A stretch of DNA of 63,899 bases, filler included, from Cercozoa sp. M6MM (Eukaryota > Protista > Endomyxa: Ascetosporea), in NCBI GenBank assembly GCA_040357565.1. It is 10 parts of 10 records of this genome, joined end to end, with 100 filler letters (N's around TTAATTAATTAA, not from the genome) between each part and the next. Parts side by side here need not be neighbours in the genome. Positions count along the whole stretch, not along the records: positions 25,375 to 31,595 come from JBDODJ010000768.1; positions 31,696 to 35,375 come from JBDODJ010001354.1; positions 35,476 to 37,127 come from JBDODJ010001962.1; positions 37,228 to 39,021 come from JBDODJ010001918.1; positions 39,122 to 53,743 come from JBDODJ010000327.1; 5 more parts are not named here. One strand, 5' to 3'. Shown piece by piece: positions 28,899-40,991 of the stretch (positions are counted from its first letter, which is position 1; every line of letters begins with the position of its first letter). The notes under the pieces were generated by a model. That model was not told the DNA's origin and did no database searches. It saw nothing but the letters and a program-made list of their open reading frames with translations. The position numbers and the translations under genes are program-made.

Positions 28899-29223
28899 CG
28901 TTGCTGCTGTTGTTGTTGCTGCTCCTTTTGCTGCTGCTGTTGTTGTTGTTGCTGCTGCTGATGCTGCTGCTGCGCCTGGTACTGACGCTGTGCCACGTCA
29001 ATGAACACACGCAAGTCAACGAACACGCAAGTCAACGAACACACAATGAACACACGCAGGTCAAAGAACAATCACAGGGGGGAATGTTATAAAGATTAGA
29101 AGCGACTACTGTTAAAGTTTGTATCAGCACATCGTGAGGGACAGTGCGTAACCGAAACTGCTCCTGGACAGGAAGGCTTCGGTACACTTGCTGTAACTGC
29201 ATTGTCAACAAAAACTCGGACAA
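27758..29223 (-). CDS. Hypothetical polyglutamine-rich protein
   Basis: Long CAG/CAA tracts at 28060-28160 and 28830-28975 within ORFs on the minus strand. Exon structure is only partly resolved. Confidence 0.5.
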
Positions 29224-29962
29224 AAGTCACAAAACGCTAAACATAAATGTACCTGTGCGTTCGTGAGGGTCATTCTAGTCTCTTGCGCACTAAGATCATT
29301 ATTTCAGGCGGCGGTTTAGACTCCTCGGGCTTCACACCCTTAATATGTTTGGGTCAAACTTTCGGTTTTATTTGCTACTGCCGTCTCGGGCATGCAAGCC
29401 CTGTCGAGTCACTTAATCATAGCTCACAGCATAAATTTAGATACGGTACGTAGATAGTAGCGACTACTAACATAACCAACCAAACCGTCGACGTCAACGA
29501 AACCGAAGGTACTGCAGGTGCGGTTGTACTGTAACGTAGGTACCGTGACGGATAGCACGAACGGCGAGGCCTAGTGTAGAGTAGGCGAGGAAACTAACTA
29601 ACGAACTAGGCGAGGTTGTTACTGTCAACATCAAACAACCTGCTCGGCTGACTTGCTCCGCGTGGAAGCACCTATCAGTCATGCCAAATAAGAATTGAAG
29701 TGTTTTGCTGAAGTTGAGAGCTGGTATCCTAACAATTGAGTGTTGCTAGCTTGGCATACCCTGTGTTTGGTAGAGTGGCTAGCAGCTCGAAACTGCTGCA
29801 AGAATTGAAACAGCCCTCTTTCCAGATACCAGGTACCTCAAAGGATCCCCGGATACCATGCTTAAGCTTGTTGACACCAAAGCAACTGACTCGCTCTGTC
29901 TTGAACAGGCAAGAGGGTTTTCTTTTGTTTGTCTTCGAACAAAACCTCTCAACGCTCTCAAC

Positions 29963-30105
29963 TGTAACGACGGCCCTACCTTGGGGTAACCTTCTCTCTT
30001 CTGACATCTTTCGGTTTATTGAGACGTCGAACGAACGGAACACATTCTTACTTTTTTTAAACGTTAGTCGTTGCCTTCACTAAAATTGACAATCTCACAT
30101 CAACA
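29963..30105 (-). mobile_element. Solo-LTR-like dispersed repeat (TGTTG...GTTACA), longer copy
   Basis: Shares the 5' part (TGTTGxTGTGAG...TTTTAGTGAAGxCAACGACT) and a near-identical ~60-bp 3' part (CTCAATAAACCGAAAGAT...GGCCGTCGTTACA) with 40673-40763. TG..CA ends and an AATAAA. Confidence 0.55.
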
Positions 30106-30172
30106 AGGTAGCGTAGCGTAGCGCTACCTATCGTATGATACTTTACAACTGACGTGGCGAAGGCCGGCTCGC

Positions 30173-30764
30173 TCACGATTCACAAACGATCTCTTTAAAA
30201 ACACGGTGCAACAACTCGCGCAGCTCATCTCGTTCCTGCTCACCCCAGAGACAACAAAGAAGCATCATACAGACACAGACACAGACACCGACACAGACAC
30301 AGACACAGACACCGACACAGACACAGACACAGACACCACTCAGTGAGACAGTGATGTGATGATACTGTACCTCTGTGGAGAGGGGACGAGAAGCACTTTG
30401 AGTGCTCGTTGGGTCGTGTAGCGGTGGCGGTGTCGGCACATCGGAGGTCAAATCGATCGGACTCGACTCGGTGTCTTTTGCTGCAGGAGGGACCTTACGC
30501 GGGGAAGAGACGGAGAGAGACGTGCGGACTTTCTTTTTGGGCGGTTTGTCGTCGGGATCGCCGACACTCGGAGAGGGACGAGTCGCACGCTTGGACTGCT
30601 GCCTCTGCTGCTGCTGCTGCTGCTTCTCGCGCATGCGTTGGAGACGACGCATGATGCTGGACGGCGAGCGGTACGGAAACAACTCGAGCGCGAACTGCTC
30701 GATGCGTCGGGTTCGCCAGTAGTCGGTCGGGAACCTCTGAATCAATGCGTGCAGCAGCAGCTCC

Positions 30765-30803
<39 letters not shown>

Positions 30804-31420
30804 CAAACATCTATAGATATGGATACATAGGTATTCTATATATTATAGGTGTGTGTCGATAGAAGGTACCTCTTCGTTGCTCCAGGGTCGAAAGGAAATG
30901 CCGCTCCGAACAGTGACTGTCCGGATACACGTAACTTTTTTTAAGCCGAGTTGCGCCAGCGAAGATTCGTTGGAGGCGTCTTTTTTGCTGCGACGCGACT
31001 CCTGGCGCAACTTCTGTCGCAGCTTGGTCACTTCCGGGTGGTCCGGGACAGAATCGACGCTTTCAAAATCTACTACAAAATAGTACAAAGAGAAAATAAA
31101 TAAAGAGATACAGAGATGCAGATAGATACAGATACAGATATTAAAGCAATTGATGTACCTTCCTCATTGGAAACATTGCGGTCAGCGATGCTGCTGTCGA
31201 TCCAGTCGTCCACGGTGGTGTCGCTGTCACTGATTGATGCAGAGTCGGTGGGACTGCTCGTGGCTATGTCTGACTGGACTGGTTGTTGTTGTTGTTGTTG
31301 TTGTTGTTGGGGCTGTTGTTGTTGTTGGGGCTGTTGCACAAGTGAGTGGGACACTGTCTGCTCTGGCTGCTGCGCGGGCTGCTGTTGCTGTTGCACAGGT
31401 CGCACAGGCCGCTGCTGCTT
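30173..31420 (-). CDS. Myb/SANT-like domain, Q-rich protein (5'-partial)
   Basis: RPWSNEE|ELLLHALIQRFPTDYW...LFPYRSPSSIMRRLQRM. Confidence 0.6.
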
Positions 31421-31745
31421 TGATTTAAGCACATACATGCACATACATGCACATACATACACAAATACATACCTACATACATACATGTATACATACATAC
31501 ATACATACATACATACATACATACACATACATACAAACATACATACAGACATACATACATACATACATACATACATACATACATACATACATACANNNNN
31601 NNNNNNNNNNNNNNNNNNNNNNNNNNNNNNNNNNNNNNNTTAATTAATTAANNNNNNNNNNNNNNNNNNNNNNNNNNNNNNNNNNNNNNNNNNNNCCCCC
31701 CCCCCCTCTTTAGCCTCTTACCCACACACACACACGCACACACAC

Positions 31746-31799
<54 letters not shown>

Positions 31800-31800
<1 letters not shown>

Positions 31801-32405
31801 AGACACGCTGCTGGCGCAGACGAGGTCGCCGCACGACATGCAGTTGTCGCAGTCGCTGGTGGCACTGATGCACTCCGTCAAGGCGACACTGGCTACCTCA
31901 GCCGACACTGGTACAGTCCACTGTGTACAGTCCACTGTGTACCATGTACATTTTTACTGTGCGTATGTACAACTGGGCAGTACTCTCATCGAAAGCAGCG
32001 GATGCTCTCGTCACGGATACTATCACTCTGTTTGACACTCGCACTGGTACACCGGAGAATGGGCACAGGTGGGGGTAAGGGGGTAAACGGGAGAAACGTA
32101 GCCTTTGCGCGTCGCGTGGAGGAGTTCGCAATGCAGCGAGTCGATTCAATTCGACAACAACGACAACAGCAGCTGCACCGAGAGCAGGCGACACATGCCA
32201 CGCCTTCCTACTGCCACACTCACCAGGTTAGCAACACTCGTTTCTTAACTCTGTGTCTTATACTCTTGGATACTTGAGGTGTGTGAGCAGAGATTAGACT
32301 CGCCGAGTGTGGCACCCATTGTGAGTACCAAACCCTTGACGCGGCGTCTTGCCATTCCACACAACGATGCCGTGGTACACCTGACTCGAACTGACGTCAC
32401 TTGAC
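31800..32405 (+). CDS. Hypothetical protein, 3' exons (5'-partial)
   Basis: GC-rich exon-like blocks bounded by AG/GT after an (AC)n intron. Confidence 0.35.
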
Positions 32406-32865
32406 GTCACTTGAATCAAACTTACTTGACCATCTGTTTCTCAGTTGGCCCAACACGCCTTTTTCTTCGCCATTAAGCACATCGCAATGTACCACTGCTT
32501 TCGGCTTGTCTGTTTGACCTTTCATATGGTGTGTGCTGTATGCAGCTGCACAGACCGTCTGGCGCGGGCACTGTGGCGCATGCGCGTGCTACAGGACATG
32601 GCACACGCACATGATGCTTACTGACCGAGCTAGCGTAGACCGACGCATCGCATCACGTCACCTCGGTTTTAATTTGCAATTGTCGTTTGTTTATTTCCGT
32701 TCGTTTCATGGTAATCCGTTCGTTTACTGTCGTGTAAACTTACTGCCTGAGTCGGTCGGGTGCCAGTCCGAGTCGAGCCCGGCCGGCGTTTAATTTCGAA
32801 TTCAGCAACACTGCGCTGCGCATTGCCGATTGGACTTCGGCTACTCTACCGCCGCGTAGGGTTCA

Positions 32866-33649
32866 ATGGACCGGACATACATGGCATCCAGAAGCGACGG
32901 AAATCATGGAGTACGTTGAAGTTGAGTTTACTGTAAAATCCGAGAGTCCGATTCAGCACGCCGCGCCGCGGCCCGCAGCATTTCACTTCCGATGGACAAT
33001 ATGGTACGCTGCAAGCCAACAACCCGGCTGTGATCTGCTCCTAGTATAACGCGGTTGTAGGCACCGCAATGGCGAGTCAGATGCAACCGCCAGCGTTAAC
33101 ATTGGCTCCACTTTCACCAGCGACAACAATAAGCACCATCACCAGAGTCCATTCAGGTACAGTAACTTACAGTACCGCGTGGTGCGAGACCCAGACTCTC
33201 CTTGCAACACCGTGTTGACGCAGATACAGTGTGAAAACTGGATGTCAGACTCGGAAACTTCCAGCGCCGAGATTGAACACATGCGAGTTGCCGCGGGGGC
33301 GGTGTACGATGCCTTTCGCCCACAAACACCAGGCGCTGAGCTGCGAGTGATTAGCGACCGCGATTTTTCGCTCGACTCGCAGTTAGTTCCGGTTGTGCCT
33401 CCGCCGGGAGCCCGCCTCACCGACCGCGACAACCAAGTGCCTCAACACCCTCAAAGAGCGAGCGACGGCGAGCCTGGGCGCAGCATACGACGGCAGCGCC
33501 CGGAAGCGCCGCTCCAGCGAGCTTTCCGACTCGAACTGCAACGACAAAGAAGGAAAGACAGACTCTTGGTGGCCAGCATTGTGCTTGCTTCGCTCAGTTT
33601 GATGGCCGCATTCGTCTTCCTTTTGGTTTTGTACCTGAAGCAGCACTGA
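32866..33649 (+). CDS. Tail-anchored membrane protein, tandem paralog 1
   Basis: Last exon SSAEIEHMRVAAGAVYDAFRPQTPGAELRV...VVPPPG with a C-terminal TM; paralogous to 34093-34441. Confidence 0.6.
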
Positions 33650-33799
33650 GCTACAGAACTGAGCTTCTAAATTACAAACGTTCGTAAATTCGCTTATCAG
33701 CGATTTTGGGCACAATAGCGATCAGACTCGGATTTTGAAGCCTGAAGTTGCGGCATGTCACCTCGCTACTACGGCTGACAGGTTTGAAATAGTGCGCTA

Positions 33800-34441
33800 A
33801 CGGCATATCGGCAGCACAGCGTGATGCTTGTTCACGAAGGCTATCGGAACCCGGTGGTATCATCGGTACCGGTACATTTTGACTCAACGCTGCCTGAAGT
33901 CTCGTCTTTTGAGTTGGACCAAGTCTACATTGAAGCACGTGCGTCGATACAGTCGCCCGCTTCGGTGGTTTCAGGTAAACTTAACTTACATGTCCTCCAG
34001 GACTGAGTGAAGGGTGTCTAAATTTAAACTAGAGCCAACTTCGGCTTTAGTTCAGTTTATTTTAAATTTAGTTGTGTCTTGAAAAATCTAGAGATGTCAT
34101 TCACGTCGAGCAGCACCGAGATCGTTGAAATGCAGGCAGCTGCGTCGGCAGTGTACAGCACTTTCCGCCCCCAGTCGCGCGGGGATGAGCTGTGCGTGAC
34201 CGCCGAGTTGTCGCCAGCGACAGTGACGGTCATGCCTCCTCCAGGGACACACTCTGCAGCCGCTCATTCGGTCTCGTTCCAACGAAGTGCAGGCGAAAGA
34301 AACTCGCGACGACAGCAGACACGCGTATCGCCACAACGTACCGTTCAACGATCTGTACAAACAACGATTGTCCCGTGCTTCCTGCTGGCTTTGGTTGCTT
34401 TGATTGTCTACTTATTCATACTAAGTTTGTGTCGGTACTGA
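33800..34441 (+). CDS. Tail-anchored membrane protein, tandem paralog 2
   Basis: SSTEIVEMQAAASAVYSTFRPQSRGDELCV...VMPPPG with a C-terminal TM. The upstream exon MLVHEGYRNPV... is homologous to the 34676 exon. Confidence 0.6.
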
Positions 34442-34574
34442 ATACTGATAGCATGGTAATCCGGGAAAGACTTCGTCAGTGAGCGACTTAGGTTTTGCAG
34501 TCAGTTAATTTTATACAGTAAATTTGTAAATTTAGCTGTTCTGAATCCGAGTCTGTCTGAAACTTCAGGGGGGT

Positions 34575-34942
34575 ATGACGCCTTCTGTCCACAGGCATGC
34601 TGCGAAACTCCGGTACTGGCCTGTGCCAGCAGAGTTAATGCAGAGGACTCGCGGCATCTCGATGGCCTTAGCGCGATGCTTCCTCACGAAGAGTGTCAGA
34701 ACCCGGTTGCATCGCCGTTGCCGGTGCGTTCAGAGTCAACGCTGCCTGATCATGAAGTCCCGTCTGCTGGGTGTCAACTGGCCCAAGCCTACACCGAAGC
34801 ACATGTGTCAATGCTGCAATCACCTGCTCTAGTATTTTTCTGGTACATCGTTTGTATACAGGCAGTAAGTTTAATTGAAGAATGTTTCAGTTCAGTCTGC
34901 TTCCTTTGCTGGTGTGTGTTGCCTTGGTTGGCTATTCCTTAA
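34575..34942 (+). CDS. Tandem paralog 3 (shorter, Cys-rich hydrophobic tail; may be a partial copy)
   Basis: MLPHEECQNPVASPLPVRSESTLP aligns with MLVHEGYRNPVVSSVPVHFDSTLP. Confidence 0.45.
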
Positions 34943-35560
34943 CAGCACCCATCTTCAAGTGAAGTGAGTTGTCTTTGCTGTACAGTAAACTACTTGGCAG
35001 AGTGGCGAAGCAACTCGTAGCAGTCTCGTAGCCCATCCTGCGAGACACTCCAAGTGCATGTGATATGGATGCCCACAAAAGCCCCAGGTTTTTGATTTTT
35101 GCATGTCAGTCATGCCTGCTGGTGCAGCAGACTACTTCATAAACACTAACATAGAATAGAAGTGGTACCCTTTGCACCTCTCAGTTCAGATTTTTCGCAT
35201 TTTTCGTTTCTGTGGTACCATTTTCCCGTTTCATTAACGACTTCTGGGCAGGACAAACCGTTAAAGGATCGTTTAACTGTCTAAAATTCTCGTCGCTAAT
35301 CTTCAATAGTCGGGGTCTCGCGGAGTTCATACGCTCAGGGCAACAATGGTGTGGTTCACTTTACCCCCCCCCCCCNNNNNNNNNNNNNNNNNNNNNNNNN
35401 NNNNNNNNNNNNNNNNNNNTTAATTAATTAANNNNNNNNNNNNNNNNNNNNNNNNNNNNNNNNNNNNNNNNNNNNTGTGTGTCTGTGTGTCTGTGTGTCT
35501 GTGTGTCTGTGTGTCTGTGTGTGTGTGTGTGTGGCTCCTGTTCCATGTCTCTGTGCGCAG

Positions 35561-35673
35561 TCTCGGTCGAGTCCACCGGCGTCTACCATGCCGCGGAGTT
35601 GCCGACCGAGGCCAGCGAGGTGCTGCGCAGCAAGTGCCGGGAACTCCTCAAGGCACTCGGTGACGACGAGTAA
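35561..35673 (+). CDS. POLR1C: RNA polymerase I/III subunit AC40, last exon
   Basis: SVESTGVYHAAELPTEASEVLRSKCRELLKAL matches the RPAC1 C-terminus [26 protein letters not shown]. Confidence 0.75.
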
Positions 35674-36448
35674 CTCACACAAAACGTTAACGTTGTTACT
35701 GCAGCCAATGAGCCAACTTACCAGGCTGAAGCCGTGACCGAGCTTTCTGCGGGTATGCCGGGGGTTTTCGGGGCAAAATCAGGATCAAATTGGGAGTAAA
35801 AGGATAGGGGAGCGCCATGACGGTTCGGTTACCTGATAAGACAACAACTACTAAAAGGGGTAGGGGCGAGCAAATAGATACGAGAGACGGAGACGGTGAG
35901 TGTAAATTCAAGACTCGCCGGGTACGATAAGGTGCTTGCTAGAGTGTTTGCAGTGACAGACACCATCTTCTTTCTTGATTCTTGATTGAGACGCAGTCAA
36001 GACCTCCACGCGGACGGCCAAGGCAATGACTATAAGTGTGCAGGAACAACGTCGCTAGAGTGTCGTAACGGAACGTACTGAGATCATAGTACTTCAAGTT
36101 CACCGCACCCATGTGCATGTATGTATGTATCGAAATTTACATGTAGTATGCAGGTGTATGTTAGCTTGTTTCGCGACAGGAGTTGCTCACGGTTTCGTTT
36201 TTCTAGGGCGTGAAGTAGACGATTCTACTACAGTTGATAGCGAAACTTAATTTCAATAACACTAAACAAATTGTAAACGTGCTGGACGCAAAGCCGGGTG
36301 TACAGGCGTTCATACTCGCTAGTAAAAGTAAAAGCAAAATTAATTTACTTGGCAAAAAAGCACGATCCCGGACTTTGTTTCTATTACTTTCAGTGTTACA
36401 CCAGCACCAGTGCAGTGGTGTCACGGAAGTCGGCCGGACCTGTTGTGG

Positions 36449-36904
36449 TCACCTTCTTGCGACTCCTGCCCAGCCATGATGATTCACAATGACAATGTCA
36501 AAAAGGTAAATTCATATAAACAAACAGCAAAGTTGGTGGGTAAAATTTACCTCGCTCCAAGAAGCGGTCCGGGTTAGCCCACACAGGGCGCAGCAACAGG
36601 TCAGTTCCCACTGGCCGTGGGTTTCTCCCGAGAGCTACTCCTGCGACAGGACGGGGCTGCCGCTGCAGCAGACGGTTTCGAGCTCGCGGTCGACCAAACT
36701 AATCCACGAAAACACCAAGGGCATCAGCAACAACAACAACGAAAACCATTGACTCAATCAACAACAGCAACAGCAACGAAACAAATTAAAAGGAGTTAAC
36801 GCGACTGAAACTCTGAGCAGGCACTAAACTTACCTCGTACTCGCGATAGGGAGCAGGTCGAAGGTTCAGTCTGCGCGGCGCTGCCACGCAAGCACACAAA
36901 GACA

Positions 36905-36975
<71 letters not shown>

Positions 36976-37127
36976 ACGCACACACACACACACACACGCA
37001 CACACACGTCAATGCACATGCGCATGTGACGGTTTTAGACCGCGAAAACGAGCCAAGGCGGCAGTCAGTACCCAAAGCACCGGCAGCGTTGCGGTTGGCG
37101 GCGGCAGCGTTGCGGTTGGCGGCGGCA
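36449..37127 (-). CDS. Hypothetical Arg/Pro-rich protein, 3' exons (5'-partial)
   Basis: Phase-consistent GT-AG exons AAANRNAAGALAPRRLNLRPAPYREYE|FGRPRARNRLLQ. Includes a 21-bp tandem repeat near the gap. Confidence 0.4.
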
Positions 37128-37227
37128 NNNNNNNNNNNNNNNNNNNNNNNNNNNNNNNNNNNNNNNNNNNNTTAATTAATTAANNNNNNNNNNNNNNNNN
37201 NNNNNNNNNNNNNNNNNNNNNNNNNNN

Positions 37228-37276
<49 letters not shown>

Positions 37277-37282
37277 TGTTAC

Positions 37283-38646
37283 GTTTCACAGAAATTGAGT
37301 TGTCCGAGCAAAGTCTGGCACATCTCGCGATAGACACGCGCCGTGACACCGGCTTCTGTGCGTGCTTTGCTCTACAGACAAGTGTTAACTCATCAAGTAC
37401 ACACGCAAAGGAATAATATACACGGAAAGAAGAAAATCGCTACGTGGAGTTCAAGGCGGCACGAGTGCCACGGTGTGTACATATCGTCGGGCGCACTGAA
37501 GAGCAGCACGTGCCGAAAGAACTTGAGCGACTCCTGGCGTGCCATACGGAGCAGCAGCTGTTCCTCCGAGTCATCCGAAGCGTCGGAAGGCGTGTCTTTG
37601 AGCGACAACTGACGCAGCGACTTGCTCTTGCTCCATTTGCTACACAGACAGAGGATAGCAGAAAGCCTACAACGAATGGAAGGGTACCGTAAAATCCAAA
37701 AACCCGCCGTGGTAGCACGCGAGTCTTGGAACAAGTAGCCGGCGTGACAGCTAGCCAGTGACACGAAGCAGTGCTGCCACACACAAACAGACAGATAGCC
37801 ATGTGGCACATCAGAAGGAGAAACTCGGGATACCAGTAGACCTCGCAAGTGTGTAAAAGCGTCGTCTGCAATGGCAGCTCGTGTCACGAGACCGCCCATG
37901 CTGTGCGAGACGAAACTGATCTACACAGCCAAGCAACCTAAAGTAGCGGATTCACAGCAAGAACCACAAGTCACGCGGTACCTTCTCCACAACTCGATTT
38001 TGCAATCGAAGCTTTCGCACATGCTCCTTGATTTCCTGTATTTAGCACTGCTACATCAAGGGGAGACGAAAACACGATAGACACAAAACACCTTAGCGAG
38101 TCGGTGCCCTTGCAGCTCTATATCATCGTCAGTTTTGCCGGCTTCATTCGCAGTCGACACCAGCGTTGACAACTGTTTCCACACGTAAGTACGGAGGCGC
38201 AAAAAGACAGATGGAAACACAAGGTGTACCTTGAGACACGGCTCCAGTTCAATAACGACCTGCGACCTCCAGGCATACATGTCGTATCGCTTGCCCTGCA
38301 TGCGCGGGGAGGGGTGAAAGGCAGTAAGAAAGGACAAGAAACAACACTGACGCGCACTACCTGATAGCCGTGGACAAAGACGAAGAGGTGTGTCTTTGCA
38401 CTCTACAGTAGTGCATACATTGGTGAGATCCAACCCCGTCCACACAGTGCAGAGTCGGTACCGATACAGGCGTGGGTGATGCGACCACTTGTGACCGTCC
38501 TACAAAGCGGCAGATCGACCGATACACATGTGTCTCAACAAAGAAGTCGAAGGATGTACGCAGCATGTAACGTCGCTCAAACAACAGCGGGAAAAAACGC
38601 AGATCGTTCGCTGTTTGACCGTACTCACTGGCTGCTCAAAGAGGAA

Positions 38647-38684
<38 letters not shown>

Positions 38685-38973
38685 ACACAGTGACACTGAT
38701 ACACTCAGAGATACACACATATGGTACGAGGCACAGTCTCCGTGTCCTCACTCGCGAGTGTTGTCACGGCCGCGAAGGCGTCAGTTCCCATAGGTACAGG
38801 TACGCCTGTGGAATGGAAATAAGGGTAGGGTAGGGTAGGGTAGGGAGGCAGCGTAGACCGTGAAGGCAAAAGACAAGAGGGACACACCAGACAGCGCAAA
38901 GAGCGGCGGCGTCGCTCGTCGACCCACGCGCAGCCATTCGTCGGCGCCACTACGCAACTACTGCGTGGACACC

Positions 38974-38975
<2 letters not shown>
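37283..38975 (-). CDS. FAM135: FAM135/DUF676 alpha/beta-hydrolase (lipase-like), partial
   Basis: ISFVSHSMGGLVTRAAI (nucleophile elbow), WSKSKSLRQLSLKD, LKFFRHVLLFSAPDDMYTPWHSCRLE, VYREMCQTLL. Confidence 0.85.
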
Positions 38976-39021
<46 letters not shown>

Positions 39022-39121
39022 NNNNNNNNNNNNNNNNNNNNNNNNNNNNNNNNNNNNNNNNNNNNTTAATTAATTAANNNNNNNNNNNNNNNNNNNNNNN
39101 NNNNNNNNNNNNNNNNNNNNN

Positions 39122-39167
<46 letters not shown>

Positions 39168-39197
39168 TCATGTTCGCGTCTATCTGTATGACTTTAG

Positions 39198-40440
39198 GAA
39201 AGTTCCTGTTTGTGGTTACGAACTCAAAGTATGAATACTTCCAGCATCTGATGGGTAGCCTGCACCTATTAAGCTTTTCTACTCTGCAGTACCTAGTACC
39301 GAAATTGATAGATTTTTGTTTTGAGTCGGACTGGCGTGACCTTTTCGACATCATCGTAGTTCTACTTCAGATAGGTAAGTACTGCAAGACTGTACCTCTG
39401 AAGGGTGTTAGGTGACACACAGCCAAAAGCCACGCTTTTTTGTCGAAAATGCTCCGTTCTTGCGCGTGGACCAAAAAACTCGCCGTGAAACGGTGCATTG
39501 AGGCTTTTCTTGGACCCCTTTACTGTTAAACCATTTAAACCCTTTATCTTACCCTCGAATCCATATGCCGAGAACCGTCCTTATTGCCCTTCGCTCTGAC
39601 GTATACCTTTTCAGGAAAACGAGATCGTGCAGCTAACGCGTGGAGCAATTGTGGCCGAAGGTAACTGGCGAGCTTTAAACGACTTTTTCATGGAAAACAT
39701 CAATCTTGACGACAACTGCGACCTTGTGATCTATTTCGGAGATCACCTCGAAAGCGATGTTAAAGCAGTTCGCACCTACACTAACTGGTACAGGACAACG
39801 CATCAGAGGTATGCAAGCAACCAATTGTGAGTAAACGAGCAGGTTGGCGGCGTGCGTGCTTGAAGAATTGGACGCGACTCACAGCGACGAGTCAGAACAG
39901 CACGCGCACAAAAGCGCCACGGCCGAAGAGAAGCGACAGGAACGCTTGCAGCAGTTGGAAGAGTCGCCGTATCAGAATTTAAACGTGTCGCGACAGTATG
40001 TTTCGCTGCTGAAACAATTGAGGAGTGTCGTTTTCTTTCCCAATGCTCCTGTGATTTTGTCGTACTGTTCAGGTGGGGAGCCTTCTTTTTGACGAACTGC
40101 GGACATGTTTCAATGTAAACACAAATTATTTTACAGCGTCAGGTTTTCTGTTTTAATCTTCTAGAAACGCTTGCAGTTGGGCATCTCACTTGTGCAAACA
40201 TTCGCACCTCACAGTTCCTTGGTACTGCATCTCTTCAATATGGCCGTTGCAGTTCTTTATAGTGCTGTAGTCTGTCGGTGCTCGCGGACGCACCGCCCGA
40301 GCAAGTGTTCGTTGCAGAGGGAGTGGATCCCACGACAGCGTACAGACTTTCTACCTGTTAACAGAGAATTCTTGATTTTACAGAATTTTTGCAGCTGCTT
40401 CTTCCCCGAGCCAATTCACCTCCGGTCAAAGCACATCTAA
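39198..40440 (+). CDS. HAD-superfamily 5'-nucleotidase (NT5DC/NT5C2 family), 5'-partial
   Basis: KFLFVVTNS, DWRDLFDIIV|..QKPRFF, EGNW, VIYFGDHLESDV, W.AACVLEEL. Confidence 0.85.
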
Positions 40441-40577
40441 CGACCAAACTGCGGCTATTCGATCGGCCACCTGTCCAGTCTACTGGGCGCACTCCGACAA
40501 TGGGTACATTCAATGTCGCTGAACCGAATCGCATACTTAGTTGTGCATCTGGTAACGAATCGAAGTGAGTGAGCGCA

Positions 40578-40669
40578 TTCAGTTCAGTTCTAATATGTGT
40601 TCGTTGCGTCGACTATGAAACCAACTCGGTACTGTAGTTTCCCTGTGCCAGCCTTGGGGTGGGTCACAA
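40578..40669 (-). mobile_element. Truncated 3'-end fragment of the short retroposon family
   Basis: GAAACCAACT...TGTAGTTTCCCTGTGCCAGCCTTGGGGTGGGTCACAA matches about 46287-46334. Short (TTCAG)n tail. Confidence 0.55.
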
Positions 40670-40672
40670 AAT

Positions 40673-40763
40673 TGTTGCTGTGAGTTTTAGTGAAGACAAC
40701 GACTCAATAAACCGAAAGATATCAGAAGAGAGAAGGTTACCCCAAGGTAGGGCCGTCGTTACA
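40673..40763 (+). mobile_element. Solo-LTR-like dispersed repeat, internally deleted copy
   Basis: Inverted match to 29963-30105. Confidence 0.55.
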
Positions 40764-40991
40764 TTCTTCGACGGGTGACTTTCCTGTCCACCAGTGCTTT
40801 GCCGCAGCTGAACCGTTGGGGTAAGTCACTCTTTCAACTGACACTTGGCCACTCTCCCTCCAAGAACAGACTTTCTTACGTTCTGATTAACCACATTGAA
40901 CATGGTCAGCCGAAGAGAAGGAAGCTAAGAAACGTGAGCGTGACGGCGCGGAGGGAGAAAGACTACGTCTTGTCCGGCGTGGTCCATTCAA

